From Plasmodiophora brassicae (lineage: Eukaryota): 64,000 nucleotides of DNA. The notes under the pieces are model-generated. The model ran no database searches. It had not been told where the DNA came from and saw only the letters and a program-made list of their open reading frames with translations. Made by a program: the position numbers and the translations under genes. Shown here one piece after another: positions 11,363-23,534 of this stretch. The stretch is from assembly GCA_036867785.1 (NCBI GenBank), contig CP145414.1, positions 868,001-932,000 on the forward strand, read 5' to 3'. Positions within the stretch are counted from its first letter, which is position 1, and every line of letters begins with the position of its first letter.

Positions 11363-13971
11363 TCAATCTCGCTTGCGTTTGCGGCGGCGTAACTGAGCGA
11401 TCATCGCTAACTGTCCAAGCGCAACAGCACAGAGGATAGCGGCAGACTGTAGCGATTGCGCTGGCCATGCCAAAAGCAGCGATATGACGGGCAGCGAGTA
11501 CTGGATCCAGAGAGGGACGTCTAGGTGGACATCCGTTGCAACGGCAGAGCCACAGCCTGCAGCTGCGAGAAGAGCGCTCCGAAAAGGCGGACCATCAGTT
11601 AATGCAACCTGTGCAAACGTTGCAGCAATGTGCAAGGCAGGCGGCCACCAGGGCCTATCGGGCTGATGTTCAGGATCAAGGATCTGTAGGGCAGGCTCGT
11701 GTCATATTGCAAACAGGCATCGACGTATTATCTCGTTTGAAACCATGGAAGGAGGTGCGGGGGACCTGCTTGTGTCTCTAATCATCATCAGCGGCGGACT
11801 GCTTGCCTGGGAAGACCGTCCTGGCCTCCTATGGACACGCGACGACGCGGAAGAGTCGTTCCGCAACAAATGGTGCTGTAGAACCTATTTCACAATTTAA
11901 ATTTCGACGCGTAGACCCAGGTATATGAACACCAATCCGTACCTGGTCAATGCTAGGCCTCTCCGAGCGGTCGAATCTTGTCATCTGTACAATGAGGTCG
12001 ACCATGTCCCCGGACCTGCCCTCTGGAAAAGTCAACGCCAGGGTGCCGTATTTTAACGCATCGTGAAGTTCAGAAGCGGATCCAGCAAATTCCTCATACG
12101 GTGCACGTCCGTAGCACATGAAGTACAAAACGACACCCAGGGAGTATCTAACACAGCTGTCAGTGCGAAATAACGTCCAAGGTCATGCGCCAATCAACAT
12201 GTCAGCCCGGTCGTCGTATTCGTCTTCCTCGTCGAGAAGCTCGGGAGCACAGTAGAACATTGTACCAGTATTGCCTGGCAAGCAGAATCAGAAGACGACC
12301 GAGTTTCAAACGATAGTGATGGCAAACCAGTTCGTGGACGGCGCGTGGCTTGTTTCAACGTGTCGGATTCGCCAAAATCAGAAATAAGCACTCGGATGCT
12401 GGTACGCCCAGACAGGACGTCGTAGTCCGCATTCAGCAACAGGTTCTACATGGAGGCATGAAACGATATATCGCAATCACGGGCGCTCGTCTGCCATGTG
12501 TACCTCTGCCAAATCGTTTCAGTGCGCTAGCCATTAGCGAAGCCGAAGACATTACCGGGCTTGATGTCACGATGAACGATGCCGGAATGATGCAGATGAC
12601 GGAGCCCGCGGCAAATGCCACCCAGCAAAGACCATACGTCGTCATCGGTCGGGAGCGTTTCTGCTTTACAAATGTAGTCCGCAATGTTGCCCATGTTGGC
12701 ATATTCCATCAGCATAAATATGACGGGGACCTGACGCTTAAATTGTGAACAGCGGACACCGACAGGCAATCACCAGTCCTCACCGTTGGCCCAAAATCAG
12801 CGGTCTTGTTAAGCTCCAGCCAGCTATGCTTATAGGCAACGATGTTGGGATGTCGTAGAGTTTCCACAGCCCGGATTTCACTAAGCAAATGTAAATATGG
12901 AAACGCCCACGGCCCAGCCCGCCGTAAACCAGACCTGAGGACACGCAACAGCCAAGGCCGATTATCCCCAACTGGGATTTTCTTGCATGCATACGTGCCT
13001 GAAGAATCCCGTTAGACGTGAACGTGACGATTCAAGGACGGGGAAAGATCACGCACCAAGGGTAACTCCATCGAGAACATGCTCGCATAGGAACACGGAT
13101 CCGAACCCGCCGGATCCAAGCTTATTCTGCTCGGTGAAGAATCGATCATAGTATCCGTTATTGAACGACCGCTCAGAGAGGACCCGAGGGTTAACCCCAT
13201 CATCATCATCATCATCGCACACGTCATCGCAAATCTCCTCTCTAGACGCATGATTAGAGAAAGGCCCATCACGAAGCAATGCTGGCTTACCGGTCATTCG
13301 GCGTGGTGTAGTAGTGCATCTCTCCCAACCTCATGAAATAGTCATGAGCCAGCGTCACATGCTACACACGACGTGATAGTCATTAGCTAGGCAGTCGAAC
13401 ACCAGTTCCGCGACCATTGCCAAGGCCCACAGGTGATGCATGGAAGGCTCCATCTTGGGTCCTGCCGATATCGGCGTCGTCGTAGTCGGTATACAGAGGG
13501 CGCAAGCACATTGGGCACGATTCCATAGACCGCGACGAATCCGATACTTCATGAGATCCCTGGGACAGCAACGTCAGGTCTGGCAACAGAATTCGCCCGC
13601 ATTCGCCCCACCGAATACACAGTCAGCCTACGTGTCGCTGGGTTGTGCACGACCATATTTCGATTCGATAGATCGCGCCTGCACTTGAGTCAGCAACGAC
13701 GCGACTATGGGCAAGTAGCACATTACAGGACGATTTGATGCGAGGACGACAACCCCGAGTTGGGTTGCGGTCCTGCCACAGCAACGACCTGCATGTTGTC
13801 CGGCGGCGCCGGCACCTCAGAATGTTCGACCGCCTGCTTGTGCCTCCCATTCGGGCGCCTTCGAGGACCAGCGCCACGCTGGCCGACCTGCCGGTCTTTC
13901 CCACCTGCATCCGCATCGGACCCGTCGGACATCCCCGCAGGAGACCGCCGTGACGACGATCGCGTGTTCAT
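11363..13971 (-). CDS. IKS1: IKS1-type Ser/Thr protein kinase with C-terminal hydrophobic segments, multi-exon (start could be 13971, 13932 or 13794)
   Basis: YYDRFFTEQNKLGSGGFGSVFLCEHVLDGVTLG, YACKKIPVGDNRPWL, LRHPNIVAYKHSWLE..DFGPTV, IVHRDIKPGN, VLISDFGES, and an upstream CPMC motif. Matches fungal Iks1 / Dictyostelium IksA organisation. Confidence 0.8.
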
Positions 13972-14300
13972 GCCGAAGCTGTATGGTTGCTCAGATAAAC
14001 GGACTGCGCCAGTCCCGCCACTCAATCATTCCTGGGAAGGCGAAGCAGGCTGTCTGAGGCGACCCTGGAAACAACGCATGCCCAGCATTTTCGCTCATCC
14101 ACCAGCAGGGTCAACTTGAGCTGAGGGGCCTGGAATGTAACAGGAAATAATTCCTTGCTGCACTCCATGTGGGTTCCCCGAACAGATCGACCCGTCGGTG
14201 TCTGCAGCTTGAGCGCAGCCCGGCACTGACGCTTCTGCGAACTGCGAATTCGATCAGCGGGAGTCCGTGGGCAGTTGATCGCCAGGTTTCGCCGACCAGC

Positions 14301-15484
14301 ATGCGGCTCATCATTCGCCCCGACAAGCAGGCCGTTGGCGACTACGTGGCCGACTATGTCATGCATCGCATCAACGAGTTCAAGCCGACCGCCGACCGCC
14401 CGTTCGTGCTGGGATTGCCAACGGGCAGTAGTCCCATTCCGACGTACGCCTGTCGTTGAGTGTATCAGGTCGGCGTTGCCTGATTGCTTCATAGGTACCA
14501 GGGCCTGATACGGCATTACAAGACTGGTCAACTGAGCTTCAAGTACGTCGTTACGTTCAACATGGATGAGTACTGTGATCTGCCTGAAGATCATTCGGAA
14601 TCCTACGTGCGCAGGACGTCTGGTTCGTGTTTTCGAATTGCGCTAACGGTCCCGACAGCATTCTTTCATGTGGGACCACTTGTTCAAACATATTGACATT
14701 CGTCGGGAGAACGTCAACATTCTCGATGGCAATGCGCCGGATCTCGCTGCCGAGTGCCAGCGCTATGAGGATAAAATCGCGAGCTACGGCGGAATCGAAT
14801 TGTCAGTATCCACTCGTGTCGTATGTCCATACAGTATGTCTAATATCAGCTGTGAACAGATTCCTTGGGGGCATTGGGCCGGACGGTCATGTAAGTTACT
14901 GTTTGCTGTTGATTGTTGCTCTAACAAGATGTCGCAGATCGCGTTTAATGAGCCTGGAAGCTCGCTGGCGTCCAGGACACGCCTCAAGACGCTGGCATAT
15001 GACACGATCGTCGCCAACTCTCGATTCTGTAAGTGCACGCGTTTCAGGACGAATTTGTGACGGAATGGCCTCTTACGGCTGTATCTTGCCTAGTTGATGG
15101 TGATATCTCGAAGGTCCCCAAGCGCGCATTGACGGTCGGTGTGCAAACATATTTGAGTGCGCGCGAAGTCCTTGTCATCATTACAGGGATTTCAAAAGCC
15201 CTCGCATTACAGAAGTCGATCGAGGAAGGTGTCTGCCACATGTGGACGGTGTAAGCGGGATTATCTGCTTAGCAAACGTTTCTGTAAACCTTCATCCATT
15301 GTTCAGGTCGGCAATCCAGCTGCACGAAAACGCAATGATTGTCTGTGACGACGATGCAACTCTGGAATTGCGCGTCAAGACGGTGAAGTACTTCCGCGGT
15401 CTCCAGGAGACCGTTGAACGCTGCGATCCACACAATAAGCCCCAGCGCCCGACGTCGCCCAGACGAGGAAGCGGATGTCACTGA
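14301..15484 (+). CDS. GNPDA: Glucosamine-6-phosphate deaminase, multi-exon
   Basis: [91 protein letters not shown]. Confidence 0.96.
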
Positions 15485-15795
15485 TATTGTTCAGCCCTCA
15501 AGCCTTGCATGCCTCGATCGTGCTTCAGTAAACCATTATTGCGATGGTTGCCCACGGCAAGCAGTGGTATATGGAATTTAGTCCTCGTTAATTAGGGTTA
15601 GGCGACCTGCAAACATCGGCTCACATCAACGCAAGGGCGCGTTTGTGCAGTACCACAGTGTGCCACAATTCAATTTCATACTTTTACGCTTCCGTGACTG
15701 AAATTTCTACAAACTTGGCCAAAACCTCCAAAAGTTCAGTCGGCGGCTCGGCGCACGCTGTGGCGGCAGTTTTGACCTCTGTGATTGCGATCGCG

Positions 15796-16621
15796 ATGGT
15801 TGGTGTTGTTCGACGTTGCTCCCGACGATTGCGACTGATGTCGTCGCTCTGTGTGCAGGGAGTCATTAAGGTTGGGGATAAGGTGGTCACTATAGCTGAC
15901 GCTAGGTTGCTGCTCCACGAGTAATTGCATTCGTCAGGTGCCGTTCGACGTGACGTTTCAGGAGCTTGCCTTCGAGGACGGCAAGTCGCCGCGAGGCAAA
16001 GCGAAAGACGTCAGCAGCAAGTCAGGTATGATTCATGTGGAACGTATCGCGTATCACGTAGAGTGATTCGCTGACTTGATTTGCTCAGTGTTCGACGGAA
16101 AGAAGGTGATTCTGTTTGCGATCCCGGGTGCGTGGACGTCGACCTGTACTGATCAGCACCTGCCGTCGTTTGCTGCCAAAGCCGACCAGCTAAAGGCGAA
16201 AGGCATCGATATTGTTTGCACGAGCACGAACGACGCCTACGTCCTGGGTGCTTGGGGGCGCATTATCGCGGGTTTGCTACTGAGGCGTGATCCGCCTACC
16301 TGTGCCATGCTCTGAACTGCACGTCAAAGGCGCCGACGTCGTTCCAAGCAAGATCCGAATGCTGGCGGATGGCAACTCTGAATGGGCCAAAGCCATCGGT
16401 CTTTCCCAGGATTTGACGAAAGTCGGTTTCGGGCCTAACCGCACGCAACGCTGTATGTACCGCGGTGGTGGCTGTCAGGAACCAATCGGTTAAGGGATTT
16501 GGCTTTTCCAGACGCGATGCTGGTGGATAACGGAGTTGTCAAGCATCTCGGCGTCGGCGACATGGATCAGTCTGGATGTGACGCGATCCTCCCCAAGATC
16601 GTTGGCCAAGCGATGATGTGA
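15796..16621 (+). CDS. Type II / Prx5-like peroxiredoxin, multi-exon
   Basis: [35 protein letters not shown] (PxxxTxxC), [33 protein letters not shown]. Confidence 0.92.
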
Positions 16622-16698
16622 GTTGCGACGGCGCCCAGACGTGCTTCCAACCGGCGTACCAAACGATAAAACGTGTCGGTGTTTTCAGTGTCTGTGGT

Positions 16699-18526
16699 TT
16701 ATATAATGTCTGCCTGATCATCCCTCGGTGGTTTCCTACGCGGGGGCGCCAGCACGACAACGGAGTGCTTCTTCGGCGTGATGAATAAGCGACGCCCACT
16801 AGACAAATGGACAGCGACGATGCCGTCGAACGATGCTCTTGGAAATCCCGATTTGAAGCCAGGCATGCAACCGACCAATTCGGCGAACACTGCAAACTGC
16901 ACCTCGTCTTTGTAGATAACCCGAACATCACCGAGTGTGCTGAAGCGATAAGCGCGATTAGTTTTGCAAATGTGTCAGAACGCGGGCACCCACTTGTCAG
17001 AGGCGTCGGAACGGATTAGACTTGCAAGACCATCGTATGTAAGCAGCTGCGATGCATCCGCGGCCCTGTTCAGGTCCTCGCGGTACTGGGATACGTTGAA
17101 GGCCGATTTAAGATGAGACATGCCCTCAGTTTTCCAGTCAACGGCGACTGCGTTCAACTGGATTGGGGCCAGGTATTGATCAAAGAACTCGCCACCGCTG
17201 CTTCCAACCTTGCCGAAGGTCTTGACCCGGTTGATCTCAGGAAACACGCAGGAGCGACCAAGTCGCTGGCCCGGTTCACGTAGCCAGTCATCCCTACAGT
17301 TGGCTTAGTGCAAGCACATTCACTGCGAAAGCGAAATATAGGCACCAGAAACCGAACGGCCACTTGGCGTACAACTCCAAGGCAACAGCTCGGGTCATCA
17401 TCCAGCCAAGTCCAGGAAATATGTCAGCTCGTAGCAGTTTCTCTGCGTCACATACCCCTTCAGATATACTCCCGAATGCCTTAACGGTTTCCTCGTACTG
17501 GGATCTGCAACCAGGTGTGACTGCCCATGGTCGTTCCAGGCGGAAACGCAAAGTGTCGTCTCGCTATTTTCTGCAAGAAACGGTGCAGAATACGCGAAGT
17601 ACGATAGAAAATCAGGAGCAAACTCCATATCGTCTAATGCACACGTTAAATTCCCAGAAGCCATGGCATAGCAGCCGGTACATCTTGCCTTCGATAAACA
17701 GAAGCCCGTGGTAAGAGGTTGCACTATCGATCATGGCTCTCCTGAGGATGCTTTTGAAATGGGCGCTGATCTTATAGTACACAGAGAGGTCGGGCATATA
17801 CTCCTGCGGCGATCCGGCATTCTCCGAGATCCACGACTGCTCGTCATACTCGAAACGGAGATGAGTAATCGACGGGTCCCGTTCCATGTGTCTGCGAGCA
17901 AATATCAACGAACAGGCTTATTAGGGGACAGATACGCATCATACTTATGGATGACCTGCGACACCTCCGGATGGGTACCATCTTGTGAAATCACTAAATG
18001 GAATTTGACACCACCGATGCCACCGTCCACCGGCCATATTCGCATCAGCGATTGAAGCGTCTGCTGAAGGTACTCGTGCCTATTGAATGTCACAAGCACG
18101 ATCGCGATGTCCAGGAGCGGTTTCTTGGGCTGTCTTTTTATCTTCTTTACAATTGGACCTACGGGTGTGCAACGTTATTCATGGCAACCACTGATACAAG
18201 CAGCTGGACTGACTTTCGTCAGCGTTGCGTTTCGAATCGGCAACGGAATCGTCATCAGAAACCGTAATCGGCACGGAATGTCTCATGGCTGCTGCACGCC
18301 CCACATTGTCAACCGCCAATGAGGATGCCTCAACGGCCGCGTTGTTACGTGCAACGACAGCAACGACCACGATGGCGCCCAGCATCAGGCCCGCGACGGC
18401 GATGACCCATCGTGGCCGATCGCGCAACGACCGGCCGCGCCCCGGCGAATCCGGCACGTCACTCGACGACGCGGGCCGATACGACCCGGCGCCGGCCCGG
18501 ACCCCCAAGTCCCGCCGATGCAGCAT
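16699..18526 (-). CDS. MGAT1: N-acetylglucosaminyltransferase I (GT13), type II membrane protein, multi-exon
   Basis: N-terminal TM segment; VTFNRHEYL, VISQDG, YYKISAHFK, IEDDMEFAPDF, CVSAWNDHG, RADIFPGLGWMM, WPFGFWDDWLR, PEINRVKTFGKVGSSGGEFF. Confidence 0.93.
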
Positions 18527-18775
18527 CGCGCAGGCCGTCCACGCGACGCCGACAGTCTGCAACGCACCTGGAATGCGGCTGAATTGTCCGGTAACTCGAG
18601 TAGAGGCGCCTCTGTGGAGCAGAGCGGTGGAGGTCCGCCTAAAATACGAACCTACACGCAGGCCGAGCTGTACAACGTCAACGTTGCGACGACGTCCGCC
18701 ATCCGACCGACGCGTGCTGAAGTCGAATACGTTTGCCCTTTATTGTATGTTTGGGGAACGGGTGTGCGAATGCTA

Positions 18776-19843
18776 CTAATAGTTACGGGTAGCGGGTGCA
18801 GAGAGAGCGCGCATGTGGCGAGGTGGGGAGGCGATGGTATTGGAATGCAGGTTATGCAGGCGAGTTGCCTCGGCAATGACGGGGATGGCGGGTAGTAGGG
18901 CGATCCCAGAGTTCAGGGCGCGTTCCTGCGGGGTCCAGTTCTCTGGACGGGATCGTACAAGTAGCAGGCGCCCTGAGTCGACCATTGATAAATAGCGGAT
19001 GACAGTCATAACGGCGCTCGCAGACGCTCCCCTAGGTCGGAGTTCGAGCCTCATAAGCGCCGCATGCAGAAGCAGGTCGACTTTGGAATGCGGCAACGTT
19101 ATCCTCCCCAGCTCGGTCAGGTCACGCTGTGCCTGGTTGAGCAGGCGACCTAGTGAAGGCAGCAAACGAATAGTTTGGCGTGGTGTGGCTTGCAACGCGA
19201 CCAGGACGTCCGTGGTCGTAGGCAGGTCCAGACGACGAGAGAGATCCACAAGATCCAGGCTCGTATTCGCCATTACCATCGACTGCGACAAGATCCACAT
19301 GTTCATCCAGCACGCCTTGTCAAAGTCTGAAGCAGGACCTTCCAAGACGTGATGGGCGCACATGCGACCCAGCCTATCGCGATGCAGGAGGATGTCGATT
19401 TGTTGTGCGGGGTCGCTCTCGAACACGTCCATGTAGGCATCCGCGTGCCTAGGCGTACGTCCAACCAACGTCTGCACATACATGGCACCGGTACAATCCA
19501 CATCCAATAATCTGCGACGACTCGTCTTCAAGCCGGCTTCCGAGATCACCAGCCGCACATCATCACGATACGCCTCTCGGTCCGTGCTCAAGTACTCGAG
19601 GATTGTGCGTCCGGTGGCGTCCCGCTTGAGGATCTCGGGGCCTACACCAACGACGTACGGCTTGATCTCGGCGCTCAACGACATGGCAGCATCCCGCAGG
19701 GCTTGTGAACGTCTCCTAGACGGCAGGACCTGTGTGCACTTTGACAGCCATTCGAACCACAGGCTACGGTACCCCATCGCTGTAATCGACAGTGTCAGCA
19801 TCGATGGGAGGGCGCACAGGACGAACAGGCGCCGGAACGACAT
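18776..19843 (-). CDS. Intronless putative secreted protein with degenerate ankyrin-like motifs
   Basis: 355-aa ORF with hydrophobic N-terminus MSFRRLFVLCALPSMLTLSITA; motifs ILKRDATGRTILEYL and LLHRDRLGRMCAHHV. Confidence 0.65.
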   Translation of the reverse strand: MSFRRLFVLCALPSMLTLSITAMGYRSLWFEWLSKCTQVLPSRRRSQALRDAAMSLSAEIKPYVVGVGPEILKRDATGRTILEYLSTDREAYRDDVRLVISEAGLKTSRRRLLDVDCTGAMYVQTLVGRTPRHADAYMDVFESDPAQQIDILLHRDRLGRMCAHHVLEGPASDFDKACWMNMWILSQSMVMANTSLDLVDLSRRLDLPTTTDVLVALQATPRQTIRLLPSLGRLLNQAQRDLTELGRITLPHSKVDLLLHAALMRLELRPRGASASAVMTVIRYLSMVDSGRLLLVRSRPENWTPQERALNSGIALLPAIPVIAEATRLHNLHSNTIASPPRHMRALSAPATRNY

Positions 19844-20313
19844 CTCGACCCTGCAGAGTGTTGTCCCCCACGGATTATTCAGAGCCGAGTCGGGTCCGAG
19901 AACGTCCTTTGATAACTGCCTGTTGTAGCTGCCCAGTTTCGGACAAGCAGGTTATCGAGATCAAACAGTATCGCGTGTCGCCATTCGAACCCTTTCGAAG
20001 TCGTGTGCGCCTACTTCTTCGGTTCAGCCAGAAACGGCGTTTCATGCAAGGACCCTCGTAGGAACGTTGACGCACGACATTGTGGACCAGTGTCGCCTGT
20101 TCGGAAATGATCTGCGGTGGGGCCCCTGTGGGCCCGCGAGTCAGACTGATGATTCAACTACATTGACCCGCTGGTCAGGAGTCACACGCCTCAATCGTGA
20201 CGTGACACCACCATGTGGTGTCTGTCGTCCTAGATTGCTTTCCAGTGGTCAGTCATCATTTCCCAAATATTGTCCCCCTGCTTACTTTTACAGAGTCATA
20301 ATACCCAGCCAGT

Positions 20314-21639
20314 ATGAAGCGCTCTGCACTTCTCGTTGCCGGCCTCATGGCGTGCAACTCGGTCGCCCAAATGCCTGGAATGTTCGGAGCACCGGACCTG
20401 GCTATGGCCTCGATGCAGAACCTGAACCAGATCAACCGGAATCCCCAAGCCATCAGCATGATGCGAGGGCAACGGCATGTCATGCACTTTTCCGACACTG
20501 GAGCGGACCCTAACGACAAGCAACCGTTGATCAACGTGAACGGCCATGCAAGTCATACTGCTCGTCAGCCAACGTCGGCTGAAGAGGCAGCCTCATCGTA
20601 CAGCGTCTTCTCCGCACAGAACGACAACGCTCCTAGCGCAGGTCTCAACGTCGGGCGCAATTCCATCGGAGGCGGGTCCAGCGCTCTGCCAGGCGTCATC
20701 CAGCCGCAGAACGAGCAGGTTCACGTCAAACGCGTCAACGTGAATGAGATGGTGGAAACCAGCGTGATGTTGCCAGATAGTGCACCGACACTGTCAATGG
20801 GCATCCCTACAGCACAAACACATCACTTGGGGTTCCCGTCGGGCCCTATCAGTGGAGGCGCTTCTTTCACGGACCACCTTCAAGACGAGATCAACGTGGC
20901 CGCCAGCGGCACTGGCGACTTTGGTGGGATCCAGAACGGCGGAAGTGTTCCGCTAGGCTTCCCGATTGACAGTCAATCGTGTGACTCGAATGGTAATCCA
21001 ATTCCGATCTCCAGACCGAACAAGGTGATCCCGATCCGCAGCGCTCCTGACCTCATGACTTTCGCGCCGTTCATCCAAGGAGATGATAACGCCACGATCC
21101 CAAACAACATCTCCATGCCGACGGCAGTCCCGATCAACGATGACGCTCCCGACAACGGAACGAATTCGTCGATGCCGATGGCAGATCTAGGCGCGCCTCA
21201 GGCCAATCCTGACAACGGGACAGTTGCGCCAACACCAATGCCAACGCCATCTGAGGCCCCAGCGAACGGCTCCTCTACAAGCGCACCGTCGTCCGGTGCT
21301 GACAGTACCGCAAACGCGCCCTCCACCCACCCCAAAGGCAACCATTCACACCCGCATGGTGGTTCGCATTCAGGCTCGCGAGGCCACTCGCATTCAAAGC
21401 TGGGTTCCAGTTCACGCAAATCGCACGGCGCCAAAGGAGAGTCTTCACGGTCGTCGTCAAACACGATCACGGAGCTGATCAACTGGCTGTCGAAGAAGAT
21501 GGGCGCGGACGGCGGGAACGCTCCACCGCCGGACTCGAGCGGGGAGACTATTGGCGAATTGATCAACTGGCTGATGCAGGCGGAAAAGAAGGATAAGGAG
21601 ACCAGTTCAGCTGATGCAAGCCAGTCCAGCAGCAACTGA
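20314..21639 (+). CDS. Intronless secreted low-complexity protein (Pro/Ser/Asn-rich with a His-Ser tract)
   Basis: 441-aa ORF with signal peptide MKRSALLVAGLMACNSVA. Confidence 0.8.
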   Translation: MKRSALLVAGLMACNSVAQMPGMFGAPDLAMASMQNLNQINRNPQAISMMRGQRHVMHFSDTGADPNDKQPLINVNGHASHTARQPTSAEEAASSYSVFSAQNDNAPSAGLNVGRNSIGGGSSALPGVIQPQNEQVHVKRVNVNEMVETSVMLPDSAPTLSMGIPTAQTHHLGFPSGPISGGASFTDHLQDEINVAASGTGDFGGIQNGGSVPLGFPIDSQSCDSNGNPIPISRPNKVIPIRSAPDLMTFAPFIQGDDNATIPNNISMPTAVPINDDAPDNGTNSSMPMADLGAPQANPDNGTVAPTPMPTPSEAPANGSSTSAPSSGADSTANAPSTHPKGNHSHPHGGSHSGSRGHSHSKLGSSSRKSHGAKGESSRSSSNTITELINWLSKKMGADGGNAPPPDSSGETIGELINWLMQAEKKDKETSSADASQSSSN

Positions 21640-21669
21640 AATGATACATCGATGTTTAAAACAATCGAG

Positions 21670-22674
21670 CTAGTCGGCCTTTTTCGCAGCGGCGTTTCTC
21701 GGCGTCTTGCTGGCCATGCGAGCGCCTTTCTGGAGAATCTTGTAGAACCAAAATAGGTTGATGCAGTTGAAGAAGATCGTTACGGAAATGTACAGGACAC
21801 GGTTCGACAGCGACAGTAGGACAAAGTCACTCCAGTGCTTTACCAGGTACACGACGAAGTAGGCGGAAACGCCGATGCGGAAGACGATCCATAAAATAAT
21901 GAACATTGCGCACATGAGCTTCGTGAGCAAATTGTCTCCGAGATAACTGGCGCGTTCGAGCACGTACAGTCTAGAAGCGCACCATCAGGATCTGGTGATA
22001 GCAAAGAGCGAATCGATCAACAATACAGGTGAAGCATCGGCGTGGTATACTCGCTCAACATTAAGGCGGCAACAAGGTTGCCGCCAACGTGACGCACCAG
22101 CGTCATCCACTCGCCGCCAGCTGCGAAGAAATGGTGCACGAACATCGACGCGTCGGCCTTCCACGATTTCCCTGCGAATGGCTCATTACGATACCCGAAA
22201 CACTTCCCACTTCATCGGTACCTTTGCAATGCGAATAGTGCAGAAGAGCGACGGTATCGAAAGCGAAATATCCCAGCGACGCTGAAATAACGAAGGTCGC
22301 GCACGGGAAATGTGAAGTAAACGTCGTTGGCAGCGACTCAGTAGCAAGGGCGTACGTAAACGGCAGAGCGACCCATAGTGCGTGTACGACACTGACAACC
22401 CGAATGGCAGCATCCTAGACACAGAGTCACTTAGGCGGTGGTTTCTAGAGGAGTCACAATACGTGCCCACCTCGACGTCAATTGGCTTCAGACCCCGCCG
22501 TGTTAGCCACGGCTTGAGCGCGAAATACGCGATGACGTAGAGGACCGAGCAGAACGTCAAGCCTGCAACAAACATGCCGGTGCAAAACACCCATTGGTTC
22601 TGCTTGAACGTCATGCACGTCGTGTCGAGCGGCATTGGATAACCGAAGAGACATGAGGAGCCCCTACACACCAT
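21670..22674 (-). CDS. TLC (TRAM/LAG1/CLN8) domain membrane protein, multi-exon, start uncertain (22674 or 22635)
   Basis: Several TM segments; C-terminal FIILWIVFRI...FNCINLFWFYKILQKG is typical of TLC proteins. Confidence 0.75.
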
Positions 22675-22952
22675 CGCCGGGCGATGATCGATGGCGGAGA
22701 CAAATTTTACTTCCACTCCGCCTCGTTACAGCGTCGCGGCACCCGCCCACTCGAGCCGCCAAAAAAGACCGAGGCAGAGCTGACCATGGCCCTGGTACAC
22801 AGCCAACATCTTGACTGCAGGCACTCCCTCCTCCCGGAGCCAGTGAAACTGGTGAATGACGAGAATGAAGACAGTGCAACCTGGTAGGAAGAACACTGTC
22901 GAGTTTATTGGTGCGACAAGGCAAACCAGTCGATAGTTTGGCATTGACAGGC

Positions 22953-23462
22953 TTATTCGTGCTCTTCGGTACGTAGCTTGGCATTGCCGTTGATGACCTT
23001 GATGTTCAACTGCGCCGCTCGCTCAACGATTTCCTAGGATCCCGATTAGTACTGAGCATTTCGATAAATTTCTATTACGGTCGTACCTTGCGCTTGCGAA
23101 CGGAAACCTGGCTCTTGATCTCAGCCGCGTACTTCCGGTTATGCATCAGGAGCAGCTCAAGGTCCTAATCCGCATTTGAGCCAGGTACGACTCTGCATAG
23201 CAGCATGGATACAACGCACCTTGGCGTTGGAAACGCTAAATTTCATGAAGCCGTTCGGCAGAATGTGCTTGTGCTTCTTGTTGGTACCGTAACCACAGTT
23301 GGCCATCTTAATGTTGCCACGGAAGCGGCGACGGACGACACTGTCGATTCCCTTCGGGCGGCGCCATTTGAGCGGCACACGAAGGAAGTTGTGTGCCTGG
23401 TGGCGAATGAACTTCGCCTGACGTTTCTTGATGATCTTGTGCCGAACTAAAGGCGCCACCAT
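22953..23462 (-). CDS. RPL32: 60S ribosomal protein L32 (eL32), 3 exons
   Basis: KIIKKRQAKFIRHQ, WRRPKGIDSVVRRRFRG, GYGTNKK, LELLLMHNRKYAAEI, IVERAAQLNIKVINGNAKLRTEE. Confidence 0.98.
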
Positions 23463-23497
23463 GGTCGCAGACTGCCCGACAACGATAACGAAGACTG

Positions 23498-23534
23498 TCG
23501 TCCCACGGATGCCGCGGCGCAGTCCGTGGGACGA
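23498..23534. promoter_or_regulatory. Perfect 12-bp inverted repeat (hairpin) about 35 nt upstream of the RPL32 ATG
   Basis: tcgtcccacgga-N13-tccgtgggacga. The regulatory role is inferred from position only. Confidence 0.5.

Noticed and set aside
13198..13216. (CAT)n microsatellite
   Set aside because: It encodes a poly-Asp tract in the kinase on the minus strand.
14301..18526. GNPDA next to GnTI as a GlcNAc gene cluster
   Set aside because: They act in different pathways and compartments and are separated by a peroxiredoxin; adjacency in a compact genome is a sufficient explanation.
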